Notes under the pieces: generated by a model
Seen by the model: only the letters and a program-made list of their open reading frames with translations
Databases searched by the model: none
What the model was told of the DNA's origin: nothing
Shown here: piece after piece, positions 25,516 to 37,332 of the stretch
Numbering within the stretch: the first letter of the stretch is position 1
Layout: every line of letters begins with the position of its first letter
Source: Vicinamibacteria bacterium
Lineage (GTDB): Bacteria > Acidobacteriota > Vicinamibacteria > Fen-336
Reading direction: 5' to 3'
Assembly: GCA_023701125.1 (NCBI GenBank)
Contig: JAMPXO010000012.1
Location: 2,130 to 66,129, forward strand
DNA: 64,000 nt
Made by a program: the position numbers and the translations under genes

Positions 25516-26682
25516 ATGTGGTCCGCGCGCACGCGCTGGGAGCTGTCCGAGAACCCGCTGTCGCAAGCGCTGGCGCGTCGCCGCGCGGCCGGGGCGCCGC
25601 TGCTCGACCTGACCGAGACCAACCCCACCCGCGCGGGGCTGGTGGCCCCCGCCGACGTCCTGGCGTTGCTCGGCCACGCGCGCAGCAGCGACTACTCGCC
25701 CGAACCGTTCGGACTGCCCGAGGCGCGCGCGGCCGCGGCCGCGGAGTTCGCCCGCCATGGCGGCCCGGTGGACGTCGACCGGGTGTTCCTCACCGCCAGC
25801 ACCAGCGAGGCCTACGCGTGGCTCTTCAAGCTGTTGTGCGATCCCGGCGACCGGGTGCTGGTGCCGCGACCGAGCTACCCGTTGTTCGAGTACCTGGCCC
25901 GCCTCGAGTCGGTCGAGGTCGACCGCTACCCGCTCGCCTACGACGGGAGCTGGCACCTGCTCGCCTCCGCGGTGGAGGCGGCGCTGACGCCACGCACGCG
26001 GGCCGTCGTCGTCGTCCACCCCAACAACCCGACCGGCTCGTGCCTCAAGCGGGACGAGGCCGCAGCGCTGCACGAGTTGTGCGCGGCGCGCGGCGTCGCG
26101 ATCGTCTCGGACGAGGTGTTCGCGGACTACACCTTCGGCCCCGACCCGAGGCGGGCAGGCAGCTTCGCCGCCGATGGCCCGGCTCTCGCGTTCGCGATGG
26201 GTGGGCTGTCCAAGGCCTGCGCGCTGCCGCAGCTCAAGCTGGCGTGGACCGCGGTCGCGGGACCGGCGGCGCTGCGTGAGCCGGCGTTGGCGCGGCTGGA
26301 GGTGATCGCCGACACCTACCTCTCCGCGGGCACACCGGTGCAGCGCGCGCTGCCCGAGCTGCTGGCGCGGCGCGAGGCGCTGGCCGCGCCGGTACGCGCC
26401 CGCGTCGTGCGCAACCTGGAGACGCTGCGAGCGGCGATGGCCCAGGCGCCCGAGGCCACGGTGCTCGCGGTCGAGGGCGGCTGGTGCGCCGTGCTGCGGG
26501 TGCCGGCCACGGTCTCCGAGGAACAGCGCGCGCTGCGGCTGCTGGAGCGCGAGGGGGTTCTCATCCACCCCGGCTTCTTCTTCGACTTCGAGAGCGAGGC
26601 CTTTCTCGTGGTCAGCCTGCTGACCCCGGCCGACACGTTCGCGGCCGGCGCCGCGGCCCTCGCCCGCGACAGCGTGCTATAA
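25516..26682 (+). CDS. Class I/II pyridoxal-phosphate aminotransferase
   Basis: 388 aa with the fold-type I pattern ([32 protein letters not shown] with the PLP lysine). Confidence 0.88.
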   Translation: MWSARTRWELSENPLSQALARRRAAGAPLLDLTETNPTRAGLVAPADVLALLGHARSSDYSPEPFGLPEARAAAAAEFARHGGPVDVDRVFLTASTSEAYAWLFKLLCDPGDRVLVPRPSYPLFEYLARLESVEVDRYPLAYDGSWHLLASAVEAALTPRTRAVVVVHPNNPTGSCLKRDEAAALHELCAARGVAIVSDEVFADYTFGPDPRRAGSFAADGPALAFAMGGLSKACALPQLKLAWTAVAGPAALREPALARLEVIADTYLSAGTPVQRALPELLARREALAAPVRARVVRNLETLRAAMAQAPEATVLAVEGGWCAVLRVPATVSEEQRALRLLEREGVLIHPGFFFDFESEAFLVVSLLTPADTFAAGAAALARDSVL

Positions 26683-26691
26683 GCCCTCGCC

Positions 26692-27408
26692 ATGAAGAGT
26701 GGGGCCGTCTACGTCGTCACGGGGGGGGCAGGCTATCTGGGGCGGGCCGTGTGCCAGGAGCTGCTGGCCCGCGGAGCGCAGGTCGCGGTGCCCTACCGCG
26801 GCGCGCGGAGCTGGGACGAATTGCGCGAGGCGATGGGCGACCCGCAGGGGTTGTGGGGCGCGCCGGCGGACGTCGCCGACCCCGCGGCCATGGAGTCCTT
26901 CGTGGCCGAGGCGGTGCGCACGTTCGGCCACCTCGAAGGCCTGGCCGCACTGGCGGGGGCCTACGCGGGTGCGGGCCCGCTGGAAACCGCCACCGCCGAC
27001 GAGTGGCGGCGCATGCTCTCGGCCAACCTCGACACGTTCTGGAGCGCGACCCGCGCGGTGCTGCCGCAGTTGCTGGCGACGGGCGGCGGCAGCGTCGTCT
27101 CGGTCGGCGCGCGGATCGCGTTCGAGGGCGGCGCCGGCGCTGCGGCCTACGCGGTGTCCAAGGCCGGCGTCGCGACGCTGACCCGGGTGCTGGCGCTCGA
27201 GAACCGCGAGCGCGGCGTGCGCTTCAACTGCGTGGTGCCGGGCACGATCGACACCGCCGCCAACCGTCGCGACATGCCTGCGGCCGACTTCTCGCACTGG
27301 ACGCCGCCGGCCGCGATCGCGTCGGTGATCGCGTTCCTGCTCTCCCCCACCTCCGCGCCGGCCACCGGCGCGGTGGTCCCCGTCGACGGGCCGGCGCCGA
27401 GGCCGTAG
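26692..27408 (+). CDS. Short-chain dehydrogenase/reductase (SDR)
   Basis: TGGAGYLG Rossmann motif and YAVSKAG catalytic YxxxK. Confidence 0.9.
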   Translation: MKSGAVYVVTGGAGYLGRAVCQELLARGAQVAVPYRGARSWDELREAMGDPQGLWGAPADVADPAAMESFVAEAVRTFGHLEGLAALAGAYAGAGPLETATADEWRRMLSANLDTFWSATRAVLPQLLATGGGSVVSVGARIAFEGGAGAAAYAVSKAGVATLTRVLALENRERGVRFNCVVPGTIDTAANRRDMPAADFSHWTPPAAIASVIAFLLSPTSAPATGAVVPVDGPAPRP

Positions 27409-27689
27409 ACCGGCCCGGCGCGGCGGGCGACCAGCCGCGCCACGAACGCCAGCGCGATCAGCATCAGCAGCAGGCCGATCAGCGCCAGCAGCAGCGCCCG
27501 CCCCGGCGACGGCGGGCGAGTCGAGCGCGGCGGCGTGCGTACGGCGAGCAGCAGCCGGTCCTGGCACGCGGCGCAGCGGGCGACGTGCTCCGCGAGGGCG
27601 GCCGGCGCGGCACCGGGCGGCGCCTGCGCGAAGACGACGAGGCCCGCCCGCGTCAGGCAGCCCCGCGCATCCTGCCAGTCAGCGGACAT
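27147..27689 (-). CDS. Putative zf-HC2 (anti-sigma-like) single-pass membrane protein downstream of PYP
   Basis: H-x3-C-x2-C (HVARCAACQ), then a TM helix (ALLLALIGLLLMLIALAFVARLV). There is no stop until 27147, so the last 262 nt run antisense to the SDR 3' end in the frame that shares third positions. The tail may be a shadow reading. Confidence 0.4.
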   Translation of the reverse strand: MSADWQDARGCLTRAGLVVFAQAPPGAAPAALAEHVARCAACQDRLLLAVRTPPRSTRPPSPGRALLLALIGLLLMLIALAFVARLVARRAGPVYGLGAGPSTGTTAPVAGAEVGESRNAITDAIAAGGVQCEKSAAGMSRRLAAVSIVPGTTQLKRTPRSRFSSASTRVSVATPALDTA

Positions 27690-27743
27690 GCGGGTTCATG
27701 CTTGGCTGCGGGCGGGCCGAAGTCAATCGGCGCCGAACCGGCC

Positions 27744-28148
27744 TCAGTTCCGCTTCAGCTCGCGCACGAACACCCACGCCGTCTCCGTGGTCTTGCTGTA
27801 GAACAGCGTCACCGTCACGTCGCGCGGCGCCATCTCGAAGTCGAAGCGGTAGGGAAAGACCTCGTGCAGGTCGCCGACCTTCACGCCCTCGCGGAACTTG
27901 CCGGCGAAGCGCTGCACGTTGGTGCACGGGGCAACGTCGGTGAAGAAGTTCTTGCCGATCACCCGCTTCGGGTCGCGGCCCGTCAGCGTCGCCTCGTGCT
28001 GGTTGAAGCTCAGCACGGTGCCGTTCTTGTCGAGCCGGATGGCCCCGATCGGCAGCGCGTCCAGCTCGCTCTCCTTGAGATGGTCGATGCGCTCCATCTC
28101 GGTCCGGGTCAGGAAGCTCTCGGCCGACTCGTTCACCTGGTTCATCAC
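27744..28148 (-). CDS. pyp: Photoactive yellow protein (PAS-fold, p-coumaric acid chromophore)
   Basis: It aligns end to end with Halorhodospira PYP: GAIRLDKNGTVLSFNQHEATLTGRDPKRVIGKNFFTDVAPCT...FDFEM...WVFV. Cys69, Glu46, Thr50, Arg52 and Met100 equivalents are present. The Tyr42 equivalent is Phe. Confidence 0.9.
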   Translation of the reverse strand: MMNQVNESAESFLTRTEMERIDHLKESELDALPIGAIRLDKNGTVLSFNQHEATLTGRDPKRVIGKNFFTDVAPCTNVQRFAGKFREGVKVGDLHEVFPYRFDFEMAPRDVTVTLFYSKTTETAWVFVRELKRN

Positions 28149-28335
28149 TTGCGTTCTCTCCTCTTCGCGTCCCGCTCACCCAGTTCGCGCACGCCTGCAC
28201 GGCACGGGGAGGAGTCTAAGCGCGGATTCCTGCGCTCTCTTAAATCTGCTCAAATCTTCACATTAATTTAAACAAGACCGCGGCCAGGCACGCCGGCCGT
28301 GCGGCGCCGCTATACTCCGCGGCCTGGAGGAGCGA

Positions 28336-28830
28336 GTGGCCTTCGAGACGACGGCGACGCGGATCTGGAAGCACCTGGCGGCGGAAGACCGGTTGGAAGC
28401 GGCCCAGGCGCTGCTGCGCGAGCCGGCCCCGGACGCGTTCGCCGCGGCGCTGGGCGCCGTGATCCGCGCTCGCCGCCTGCGGCCCCAGGTCGCGCGCACG
28501 ATGCCCGCCGAGCAGCAGGCCCGCATTCTGTCCAGCGTGCTCGACCCCGGCGAGCCGCTGGCGGCGTCGCTGCTGATCGCGCTCCACCTCTCCGCCCGGC
28601 GCCCGCTGCTGGTCGCCTTCCTCGACGCGCTCGGCCTGCCGCACGAGGACGGCGTGCTCAAGGAGGAGGCCGACGCGCTGCCCCCGCCGGCGACCGACAA
28701 GTTGCGCGACGCGGTCCGCGGCCTCGAGGCCGCCTTCCCCGCCGGCCAGGTGCGCGCCTACCTCAACACGCTGCTGCTGCAGGACCCGGAGCGCTGGAGC
28801 GGCCTGGCGGAGGTCGAGCCGGGGGCCTGA
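28336..28830 (+). CDS. Hypothetical protein (164 aa)
   Basis: GTG start preceded by GGAGGA, with TATACT 20 nt upstream. Helical, and I recognise no family. It is divergent from pyp. Confidence 0.55.
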   Translation: MAFETTATRIWKHLAAEDRLEAAQALLREPAPDAFAAALGAVIRARRLRPQVARTMPAEQQARILSSVLDPGEPLAASLLIALHLSARRPLLVAFLDALGLPHEDGVLKEEADALPPPATDKLRDAVRGLEAAFPAGQVRAYLNTLLLQDPERWSGLAEVEPGA

Positions 28831-28834
28831 GCCC

Positions 28835-29803
28835 TCAGCTCGCGAGCGCCTCGACCACGTCCCCGGGGCGCCGCAGCGTGTCGGCACCCGGCCCCCGCAA
28901 CAGCAGCCAGTAGCGCTCGACGGGCTGGGCGCTGTGGAGCCGGCGCGCGTGCGCTTTTTCGAGCGCCGTCAGCCGCTTCAGCGACCCGAACGGCGAGCCG
29001 CCGGGCAACACGGCCGCGGCTTCGTCGAGGCGCACGATCGCCTGGTCGCTGACCGGCTGCAGCACGGGTTGCAGGCGGGGCCCGAACGAGTGATGGGGCC
29101 GCCAGGCCCGGGCCTCGATCCAGCGGCGGCGCGACTGCGCGGCCAGCGCCAGCCGGTCGCCGAGGCTCGGCGCCTGGCGCCGGACGAAGGGGTCGATCGG
29201 CACCCGCAGCATCAGCCCCGCGAGCCCGCCGCGATCGCGGAACGGGGCACCGGGGGGCAATCGTGCGCCGAGTTCGCCGAGGCGCACCCGCACGGCCGCC
29301 GGGAACAACGCGAACGGGCGCTCCTCGTAGAGGAACACGTCGCGGCCGGCACCGCTCTCCAGCACCCGCACCGCGGCCTCGTGGACCAGCCGGTGGTCGG
29401 GGTGGGGCCACACGCCGAGCGGCAGGTAGACGCGCCGCGGGCGGGTGCGGCGCACCAGTTCCAGCAGCGCCAGCGCCAGGTCCGCGACCAGCGCCTCGTC
29501 GAGCCCGAGTGCAGAGCGCAGCGCCAGCGCCGGGCGCAGGCCGTCGCGCACCGACGCATCGGGATGCCCGAGCGCCACCCGCGGCACGCGCAGGCGGTCG
29601 GCGGGCGACTCGACGCCGGCGCGCGGCCCGGCACCGAACAGCTCGACGATCAGCACGCTCTCCCCGCGCTCGCGCTCGGCCAGGATCCGCGCCGCACACG
29701 ACAGCGCCGCGTCGTCCGCGTGGGGAGACACGTAGAGCGAGTCGCACGGCTGGAGGTCTTGGTGGGCCTCGATCCGCTGGATGAGGCGAGCGTCGGACGA
29801 CAT
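28835..29803 (-). CDS. PIG-L/LmbE-family N-acetylglucosaminyl deacetylase
   Basis: SPHADDAALS motif and the downstream HPDH metal-binding block. Confidence 0.8.
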   Translation of the reverse strand: MSSDARLIQRIEAHQDLQPCDSLYVSPHADDAALSCAARILAERERGESVLIVELFGAGPRAGVESPADRLRVPRVALGHPDASVRDGLRPALALRSALGLDEALVADLALALLELVRRTRPRRVYLPLGVWPHPDHRLVHEAAVRVLESGAGRDVFLYEERPFALFPAAVRVRLGELGARLPPGAPFRDRGGLAGLMLRVPIDPFVRRQAPSLGDRLALAAQSRRRWIEARAWRPHHSFGPRLQPVLQPVSDQAIVRLDEAAAVLPGGSPFGSLKRLTALEKAHARRLHSAQPVERYWLLLRGPGADTLRRPGDVVEALAS

Positions 29804-29847
29804 TGGGCGACGAGTGTAGCAGGCCGGAGGTTAGACTCTCCCGCGCC

Positions 29848-31503
29848 ATGCCCCGCCTCGCCGGCCCGGCCGCCCGTCCGGGATTGTGGGCCGCCGCGCT
29901 CGCGGCGCTGCTCTACCTGCCCTCGCTCGGCGGCGGTTTCTTGTACGACGACAACCGGATCGTGCTCGGCAACCGCGCCCTCCAGGAGGGCGCGGAGCTG
30001 GTCACCCTCCTGCGCTCCGACCCCACCCGCCCGCTGCTGGCGCTCGGCTTCGCCTTCAACTTCGCCTGGAGCGGAGACCGGGCCTGGTCCTACCACCTCG
30101 TCAACCTGCTGCTGCATGCGGGCAACGCGGCGCTGGCGGCGTCGCTGTTCGCCTGGATGGCGCGCCGCGCCGGCGCCGCCGACCCGGGCCGCCACGCGTT
30201 GGTGGCCGGCGCGCTGTTCGCGGCGACGCCGATGGCCGTGGAGACCGTCGCCTACGTGTCGAGCCGATCGACCGCGCAGTGCTCGCTGCTGATCCTGGCC
30301 GCGCTGCGCGCCGCGTTGCCCGCCCTCGAGGGCGGCCCGCGCTTCCCCGCCGCGGCCGTCGCCCTGTTCTGTGCCGCGCTGGCGACCAAGGAGGAGGCGG
30401 CTTCGCTGCCGCTCTACCTGCTGCTGCTCGACGGCTTCTTCGGCGCACCCCGCGCGGCCGCGTCACGGTTGAAGTGGCACGCGCCCTTCTGGCTGCTGCC
30501 GGCGGCCGGACTGCTCGCCCGCCGCTTCGCGACCGGCGAGTGGCTGCCGGTGCCGGCCGTGGCCCTGGAACGCTACGCCGTGACCCAGTGGGGCGCCTTC
30601 CCGTTCTACTGGGGGCGGGCGTTCGTGCCACTCGACCCCGCGCTCTACCGCGAGCACCCGGTCGCACCCTGGCCCCCGGATCTCCCGGCCCTGGTGCTGG
30701 CCGCGGTCGGCATCGGCCTGCTGGCCGCGGCATTCGCGCTGCGCCGGCGCGCCCGGGCCTTCTCGTTCTCGGTGCTGTGGATGGCCGCGGGCCTGGTGCC
30801 GTCGTCGACGCTGGTGGCGCTCCAGGAGATGGTCGTCGACCACCGCGCCTACCTGGGCGGCGCGGGCGCCCACCATGCGCTGGCCGGGGTGGCCCTGCAG
30901 CGCCTGCCGGCCTGGGGGGCGCCAGCCCTGGTCGCCGGCTTCGCCTTGCGGGCGGCCCACTACGAGTGGGTCCTGCGCGACCCCGTGCGGGCGTGGGAGG
31001 ACGCGGTGCGGCGCGTGCCGCGCTCGCCGATGGCGCACCTCAACCTGGCGCAGGCCCGGGAACAGGCCGGCGACGACCTCGGCGCGCAGGAGGCGCTGCG
31101 GCGCGGACTCGCGGTGGCACCGGCCGACCCGCGCTTGTGGACCAACCTCGGCGCCCTCCACGCGAGCGCCGGACGGCTCGAGCCGGCGGCCGAGGCGATG
31201 CGGCAGGCGGTGGCCACCGCGCCCGGCGATCCGCGGCTGCGCCACAACCTCGCGCTGCTGCTGGTGGCGACCGGCCGCGCCGAGGAGGCCCGGGCCGAGC
31301 TGGAGCGGGTGATCGCCGCGCTGCCGGAGCTGGCCCAGCCGCGGGTCGACCTGGCCCGGCTGCTGGTCGCACCGCCCGCGCCACCCGCCGCCGACGTGAG
31401 CCGCGCCCGCGAGCTGATCGCGCAGGCGCGGCAACTCGCGCGCGAGCGCGCCGACAGCCCCGAGATCGAGGCGGTGTCGGCGCGCCTGCGCGAGCTGCCG
31501 TGA
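29848..31503 (+). CDS. Polytopic membrane protein with C-terminal TPR repeats (PMT_2/TMTC-like glycosyltransferase architecture)
   Basis: N-terminal FLYDDN block, about 9 TM segments, then TPR repeats (NLAQAREQAGD..., NLGALHASAGR...). Confidence 0.75.
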   Translation: MPRLAGPAARPGLWAAALAALLYLPSLGGGFLYDDNRIVLGNRALQEGAELVTLLRSDPTRPLLALGFAFNFAWSGDRAWSYHLVNLLLHAGNAALAASLFAWMARRAGAADPGRHALVAGALFAATPMAVETVAYVSSRSTAQCSLLILAALRAALPALEGGPRFPAAAVALFCAALATKEEAASLPLYLLLLDGFFGAPRAAASRLKWHAPFWLLPAAGLLARRFATGEWLPVPAVALERYAVTQWGAFPFYWGRAFVPLDPALYREHPVAPWPPDLPALVLAAVGIGLLAAAFALRRRARAFSFSVLWMAAGLVPSSTLVALQEMVVDHRAYLGGAGAHHALAGVALQRLPAWGAPALVAGFALRAAHYEWVLRDPVRAWEDAVRRVPRSPMAHLNLAQAREQAGDDLGAQEALRRGLAVAPADPRLWTNLGALHASAGRLEPAAEAMRQAVATAPGDPRLRHNLALLLVATGRAEEARAELERVIAALPELAQPRVDLARLLVAPPAPPAADVSRARELIAQARQLARERADSPEIEAVSARLRELP

Positions 31504-31504
31504 G

Positions 31505-33604
<2,100 letters not shown>

Positions 33605-33728
33605 GAGGAGAGCCTCCTTGGCGGGCAGCCCCCGGCTGCCCGGGCGGCGGCCATTGTCTCCCGAATCGCGGCACATTCCGCCTTGTGCGCCGCGACGGAT
33701 CGCGTCAGAGTTGTCGCAGGGAGATCCC

Positions 33729-34535
33729 ATGGCGAAGCACGATCGCTGCTGCCTCTGGCTCATCTGCGGAGCCTTGCTGACGGGCGCGCCTGCACACGGT
33801 CAGAGCGAACCGCTGCGGGCCGACACGCTGTCGGTGCAGGCCGCGCGGGCGGCCCGCAACCACTACGAGAAGGCGCGCAAGGCCTTCGAGGAGCGGAAGG
33901 TCGAGCGCACGCTGCAGGCGCTGGACGAGGCGCTCCGGCTGTGGCCGGACTACCCCGACGCCCACTTCCTGCGGGCCAAGGTCGCCTACTACCAGAAGAA
34001 CTACGTCGAGGCCGGGCAGCACATGGCCCGCGCCGAGCAGGGCCTGGTGGCGGGCGCCGCGCTCCACGGCGATGCGGAGCGCGCACGCCGGACGGAGATC
34101 GAGCGCCTGATCGACCGCGAGCGCACGCGCCTCGACGAACTTCGCGGCGCCCTGGCCCAGGCACGGTCCGACGATCAGCGGCGACAGATCCAGGCCCTGA
34201 TCGACGACGCCGAGCGCTACCGGAGCGACCTCCAGCGCCGGGCCGCCGAGCCTCCGGCCGCGGTGCAGGCAGCGCCCGGCCTGCCGCCCGACTACGATTT
34301 TTTCGGCGGCAACATCCTGCTCCGCCTCGGCCGGCGCGAGGAGGCCGCGGAGCGGTACCGCAAGGCGATCGCGGTGAAACCGGACCACGCCGACGCCATC
34401 AACAACCTGGCCAGCCTCTACCTCGACGCCGGCAAGCCGCTGCTCGCCCTCGACCTGCTGCAGCAGGCGGAGACGAAAGGCGTCAAGGTCAACGAGGCGC
34501 TGAAGCAGGCCGTGCTCCACGCCGTGGGGCGCTGA
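33729..34535 (+). CDS. Secreted TPR/coiled-coil protein (paralogue A)
   Basis: Signal peptide, then TPR blocks (LRLWPDYPDAHFLRAKVAY, AINNLASLYLDAG). It is a paralogue of 37333-38133. Confidence 0.8.
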   Translation: MAKHDRCCLWLICGALLTGAPAHGQSEPLRADTLSVQAARAARNHYEKARKAFEERKVERTLQALDEALRLWPDYPDAHFLRAKVAYYQKNYVEAGQHMARAEQGLVAGAALHGDAERARRTEIERLIDRERTRLDELRGALAQARSDDQRRQIQALIDDAERYRSDLQRRAAEPPAAVQAAPGLPPDYDFFGGNILLRLGRREEAAERYRKAIAVKPDHADAINNLASLYLDAGKPLLALDLLQQAETKGVKVNEALKQAVLHAVGR

Positions 34536-34616
34536 CCCGGCGACCCCGCAGGCGCTCGATCCGATTCGGGGCGCATTACACTGCGGCGGGAGCGCCGCCT
34601 GACCACCCTGACCCCG

Positions 34617-37274
34617 TTGCGGATCGACCGACCCGAAGAACCCGGGACGGAGTCCGTCGCGGTCGAAGATCTCCCCGCGGCCCCTCAACCCACGCTGCCC
34701 CCCGGGACCCGGGTCGCCGGCCGCTACGTGCTCGACGTGGTGCTCGGACGGGGCGGCTTCGGGGTCGTCTACCTCGCCCGCGACGAGCGCGAGGAGCGTG
34801 AGGTCGCGCTCAAGATCCTCCGCGCCGACCGCCTGACCGGGCTGTCGCGGCGCCGCTTCGAGCGCGAGGCCGAGATCGCGCGCCGGATCGCGCATCCCCA
34901 CCTCGTCCGCGTCCTCGATTTCGGCCCGACCGAAGACACGGTCTACCTCACGATGGAGCGGGTCCACGGCGAGACGCTGCGTGACCGGCTCGCGCGCGGC
35001 GCGCTCGCGGCCGACGAGGCGATCCGCATCGCCTCCGAGGTCCTGCAGGCACTCGAGGCGCTCCACTCGCAGGGTGTCGTCCACCGCGACGTCAAGCCGA
35101 GCAACGTGCTGCTCGACGAGCACGGCCACGCCCGGCTCGGCGACCTCGGCCTCGCCCGCCGCTTCGAGCGCGACGAGAGCCGCGCCACCGAGTCCTCCGC
35201 CCTGGTCGGCACCGTCGAGTACCTCTCACCCGAACAGGCGCTCGGCCGCGACCTCGACGGCCGCAGCGACCTCTACTCGCTCGGCGTCGTGCTGTTCGAG
35301 ATGGTCACCGGGCACCTGCCCTACGAGAACCGCTCGACGCTGGGCACGGTGCTGGCCCACATCACACAGCCCGCCCCCGACGTCAGGACCTCCGCGCCGG
35401 ACACGCCCTCGTGGCTCGCAGGGGTGATCGCGCACCTGCTCGAGAAGGACCCACAAATGCGCTACGCGGGGGCTCGGCCGGTGCTGGCCGATCTCGAACG
35501 AAGGCAACCGCCGCCGCGAGCCGGGCGGCGCGCAGGGGCGACGTTCTCCGCGCATCGGGTGGGTGCGCTCCTGCTGGCGCTGGCGGCCCTGGGCGCGCTC
35601 GGCCTCGGCTGGCTCCGGTTCGGCCAGGAGCGGCGCTTCGTGCGCGTGCTCGACGACGGCAAAGGCGCCTGCTTCGGCGTCGACAGCGAGAGCCAGGTGT
35701 TGTGGACGAAGTCGGCGCTGTGCGGGGCGGCGGCGTTCGGGCCCAACTTCGTCCCGGTTCGAGTGCAGAAGGACCGGACGTTGCTGGCGGCCATCCAGGC
35801 CAGGCGCGAGGACGACGTCGTGGGCTTGCACCAGCTGACCCTGCTGGAGCCGGAGTCCGGGGACACCGTGCGAACAGTGGAGCTGCCGAACGCCGCCCAC
35901 AGCTTCCCCGGCTTCGCCTTCCGGTACGGAGCCTCCATTGCCGCCTTCGACCTCGACGGGAACGGGATCGACGAGGTGCTGGTCACCTTCGCCCACCGCC
36001 GGCTCTGGCCGAGCTACACCGTGATCTACGAGCCCGCGATCGACCGCTCGCGCGTGCTGATGGCGTCGTCGGTCGGGCAGAGCGAGCCACGCGGGACGGC
36101 TGACGTGGACGGCGACGGGCAGCCCGAGATTCTCTTCGCCGGCGCCGCCAACCGCCTGGGCTGGTATCACCACGTGTCCGCCGTGCGCAGCGGCGTGGGC
36201 GCGCGCCCCACCGACAGGGGTTGGACGCCCGACAGCGACCTCGGCGGGCTCCACCGCGGCCTCGGCGTGTGGTTCGCGCTGGTCCCGGCGGATACCAACA
36301 CGGCCCTGCCGCCACGCCTGTCGACGCTCGGCGAGCGCCGGGTGCTGGCCTGGCCGCGCGGCAACGGTGGCGATCTCCACCTCGACCTGGACGGTTTCGT
36401 CGTCGACGCCTCAGCCGCGACAGCCCCGTCTCCTCGCCGCGCCGAGGAGCGGGAGCTCGCCTACCGTCGGTTGCGCGAGGCGCGCGTGCTGGAGCGCGAC
36501 GGCCGCGTGCGCGAGGCGGCCGGCGCCGTGCAGGCTGCGGAGCGCGCCGCGGCGACCGCGGGCGATGTCCTGCTCGCGACCTGGGCGCGGCGGCGGCATG
36601 CGGCCCTGGCCGTGGCCGCGGGCGAGCCGGCCCGCGGCGAGCGCGAATTCGAACGGCTGATGACCGCAACCGGGCCGGGCGAGGACTCGCGCGTCGCGCT
36701 CGACGCGGCGCAGAGCTTCCACCTGGCGGGCGACCTCCAGCGCGCACTAGCCTGGTACCGGCGGGCGTTGCGCACACCGAACCCGGAACTGGCCCGCACC
36801 TGGGAGACGCTCGAGGGCCTCGTCTTCGCCCTCGGCGAGACCGGCCGATGGGACGAGGCGGCGCGCGCGATCGAGGCCCGTGAGCCGAGCCAGCAGCTCT
36901 CGCCGGCGATGGTGAAGTTCCTCGCGGGCTACCTGGACTGGCGCCGGGGACGCCCGCCGGCGACGCCGGCGAACACGCCCGAGGTCGACATCCAGACCTA
37001 CTGGCGCCTGGAGTTCCAGCTCGCCGCCGGAGCGGACGCGGCGGCGGTGCTGCGCGAGGTGGAGGTCGAGAAGCCGCTGGCGTCGGAGAGCGTGGCCCTG
37101 CTGATGTCAGTCGAGTCCGAGTGCCTGGCCCGCCTCGGCCGCCGGGAAGAAGCGCTGGCGAAAGCCCGAGATGCGTTCGAGCGCGTCGCGGCGAGCCGGC
37201 GCTCGAGCCTGTACGCCCGCGTCCACCTGCCGATCGTCGAGTCGAGGCTGCGCAAGCTGGAGGCGGGCGGCTGA
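34617..37274 (+). CDS. Ser/Thr protein kinase with TM segment, FG-GAP/VCBS-like repeats and C-terminal TPR region
   Basis: Hanks kinase motifs GRGGFGVV, ALK, HRDVKPSN, DLG and SPE. These are followed by FDLDGNGIDEVLV and DVDGDGQPEILF repeats. Confidence 0.9.
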   Translation: MRIDRPEEPGTESVAVEDLPAAPQPTLPPGTRVAGRYVLDVVLGRGGFGVVYLARDEREEREVALKILRADRLTGLSRRRFEREAEIARRIAHPHLVRVLDFGPTEDTVYLTMERVHGETLRDRLARGALAADEAIRIASEVLQALEALHSQGVVHRDVKPSNVLLDEHGHARLGDLGLARRFERDESRATESSALVGTVEYLSPEQALGRDLDGRSDLYSLGVVLFEMVTGHLPYENRSTLGTVLAHITQPAPDVRTSAPDTPSWLAGVIAHLLEKDPQMRYAGARPVLADLERRQPPPRAGRRAGATFSAHRVGALLLALAALGALGLGWLRFGQERRFVRVLDDGKGACFGVDSESQVLWTKSALCGAAAFGPNFVPVRVQKDRTLLAAIQARREDDVVGLHQLTLLEPESGDTVRTVELPNAAHSFPGFAFRYGASIAAFDLDGNGIDEVLVTFAHRRLWPSYTVIYEPAIDRSRVLMASSVGQSEPRGTADVDGDGQPEILFAGAANRLGWYHHVSAVRSGVGARPTDRGWTPDSDLGGLHRGLGVWFALVPADTNTALPPRLSTLGERRVLAWPRGNGGDLHLDLDGFVVDASAATAPSPRRAEERELAYRRLREARVLERDGRVREAAGAVQAAERAAATAGDVLLATWARRRHAALAVAAGEPARGEREFERLMTATGPGEDSRVALDAAQSFHLAGDLQRALAWYRRALRTPNPELARTWETLEGLVFALGETGRWDEAARAIEAREPSQQLSPAMVKFLAGYLDWRRGRPPATPANTPEVDIQTYWRLEFQLAAGADAAAVLREVEVEKPLASESVALLMSVESECLARLGRREEALAKARDAFERVAASRRSSLYARVHLPIVESRLRKLEAGG

Positions 37275-37332
37275 CGAGCCAGGGGTCGCCCTGTGCAGCT
37301 CTTCGCGCCCCGTGTGTGGTCGGGCGCCCGGG

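Noticed and set aside
27147-27404. The C-terminal 86 codons of the zf-HC2 ORF as genuine coding sequence.
   Set aside because: This is not fully rejected but is doubtful. The stretch is antisense to the SDR gene in the frame sharing third positions, where stop-free shadow reading is expected. No domain is recognisable there.
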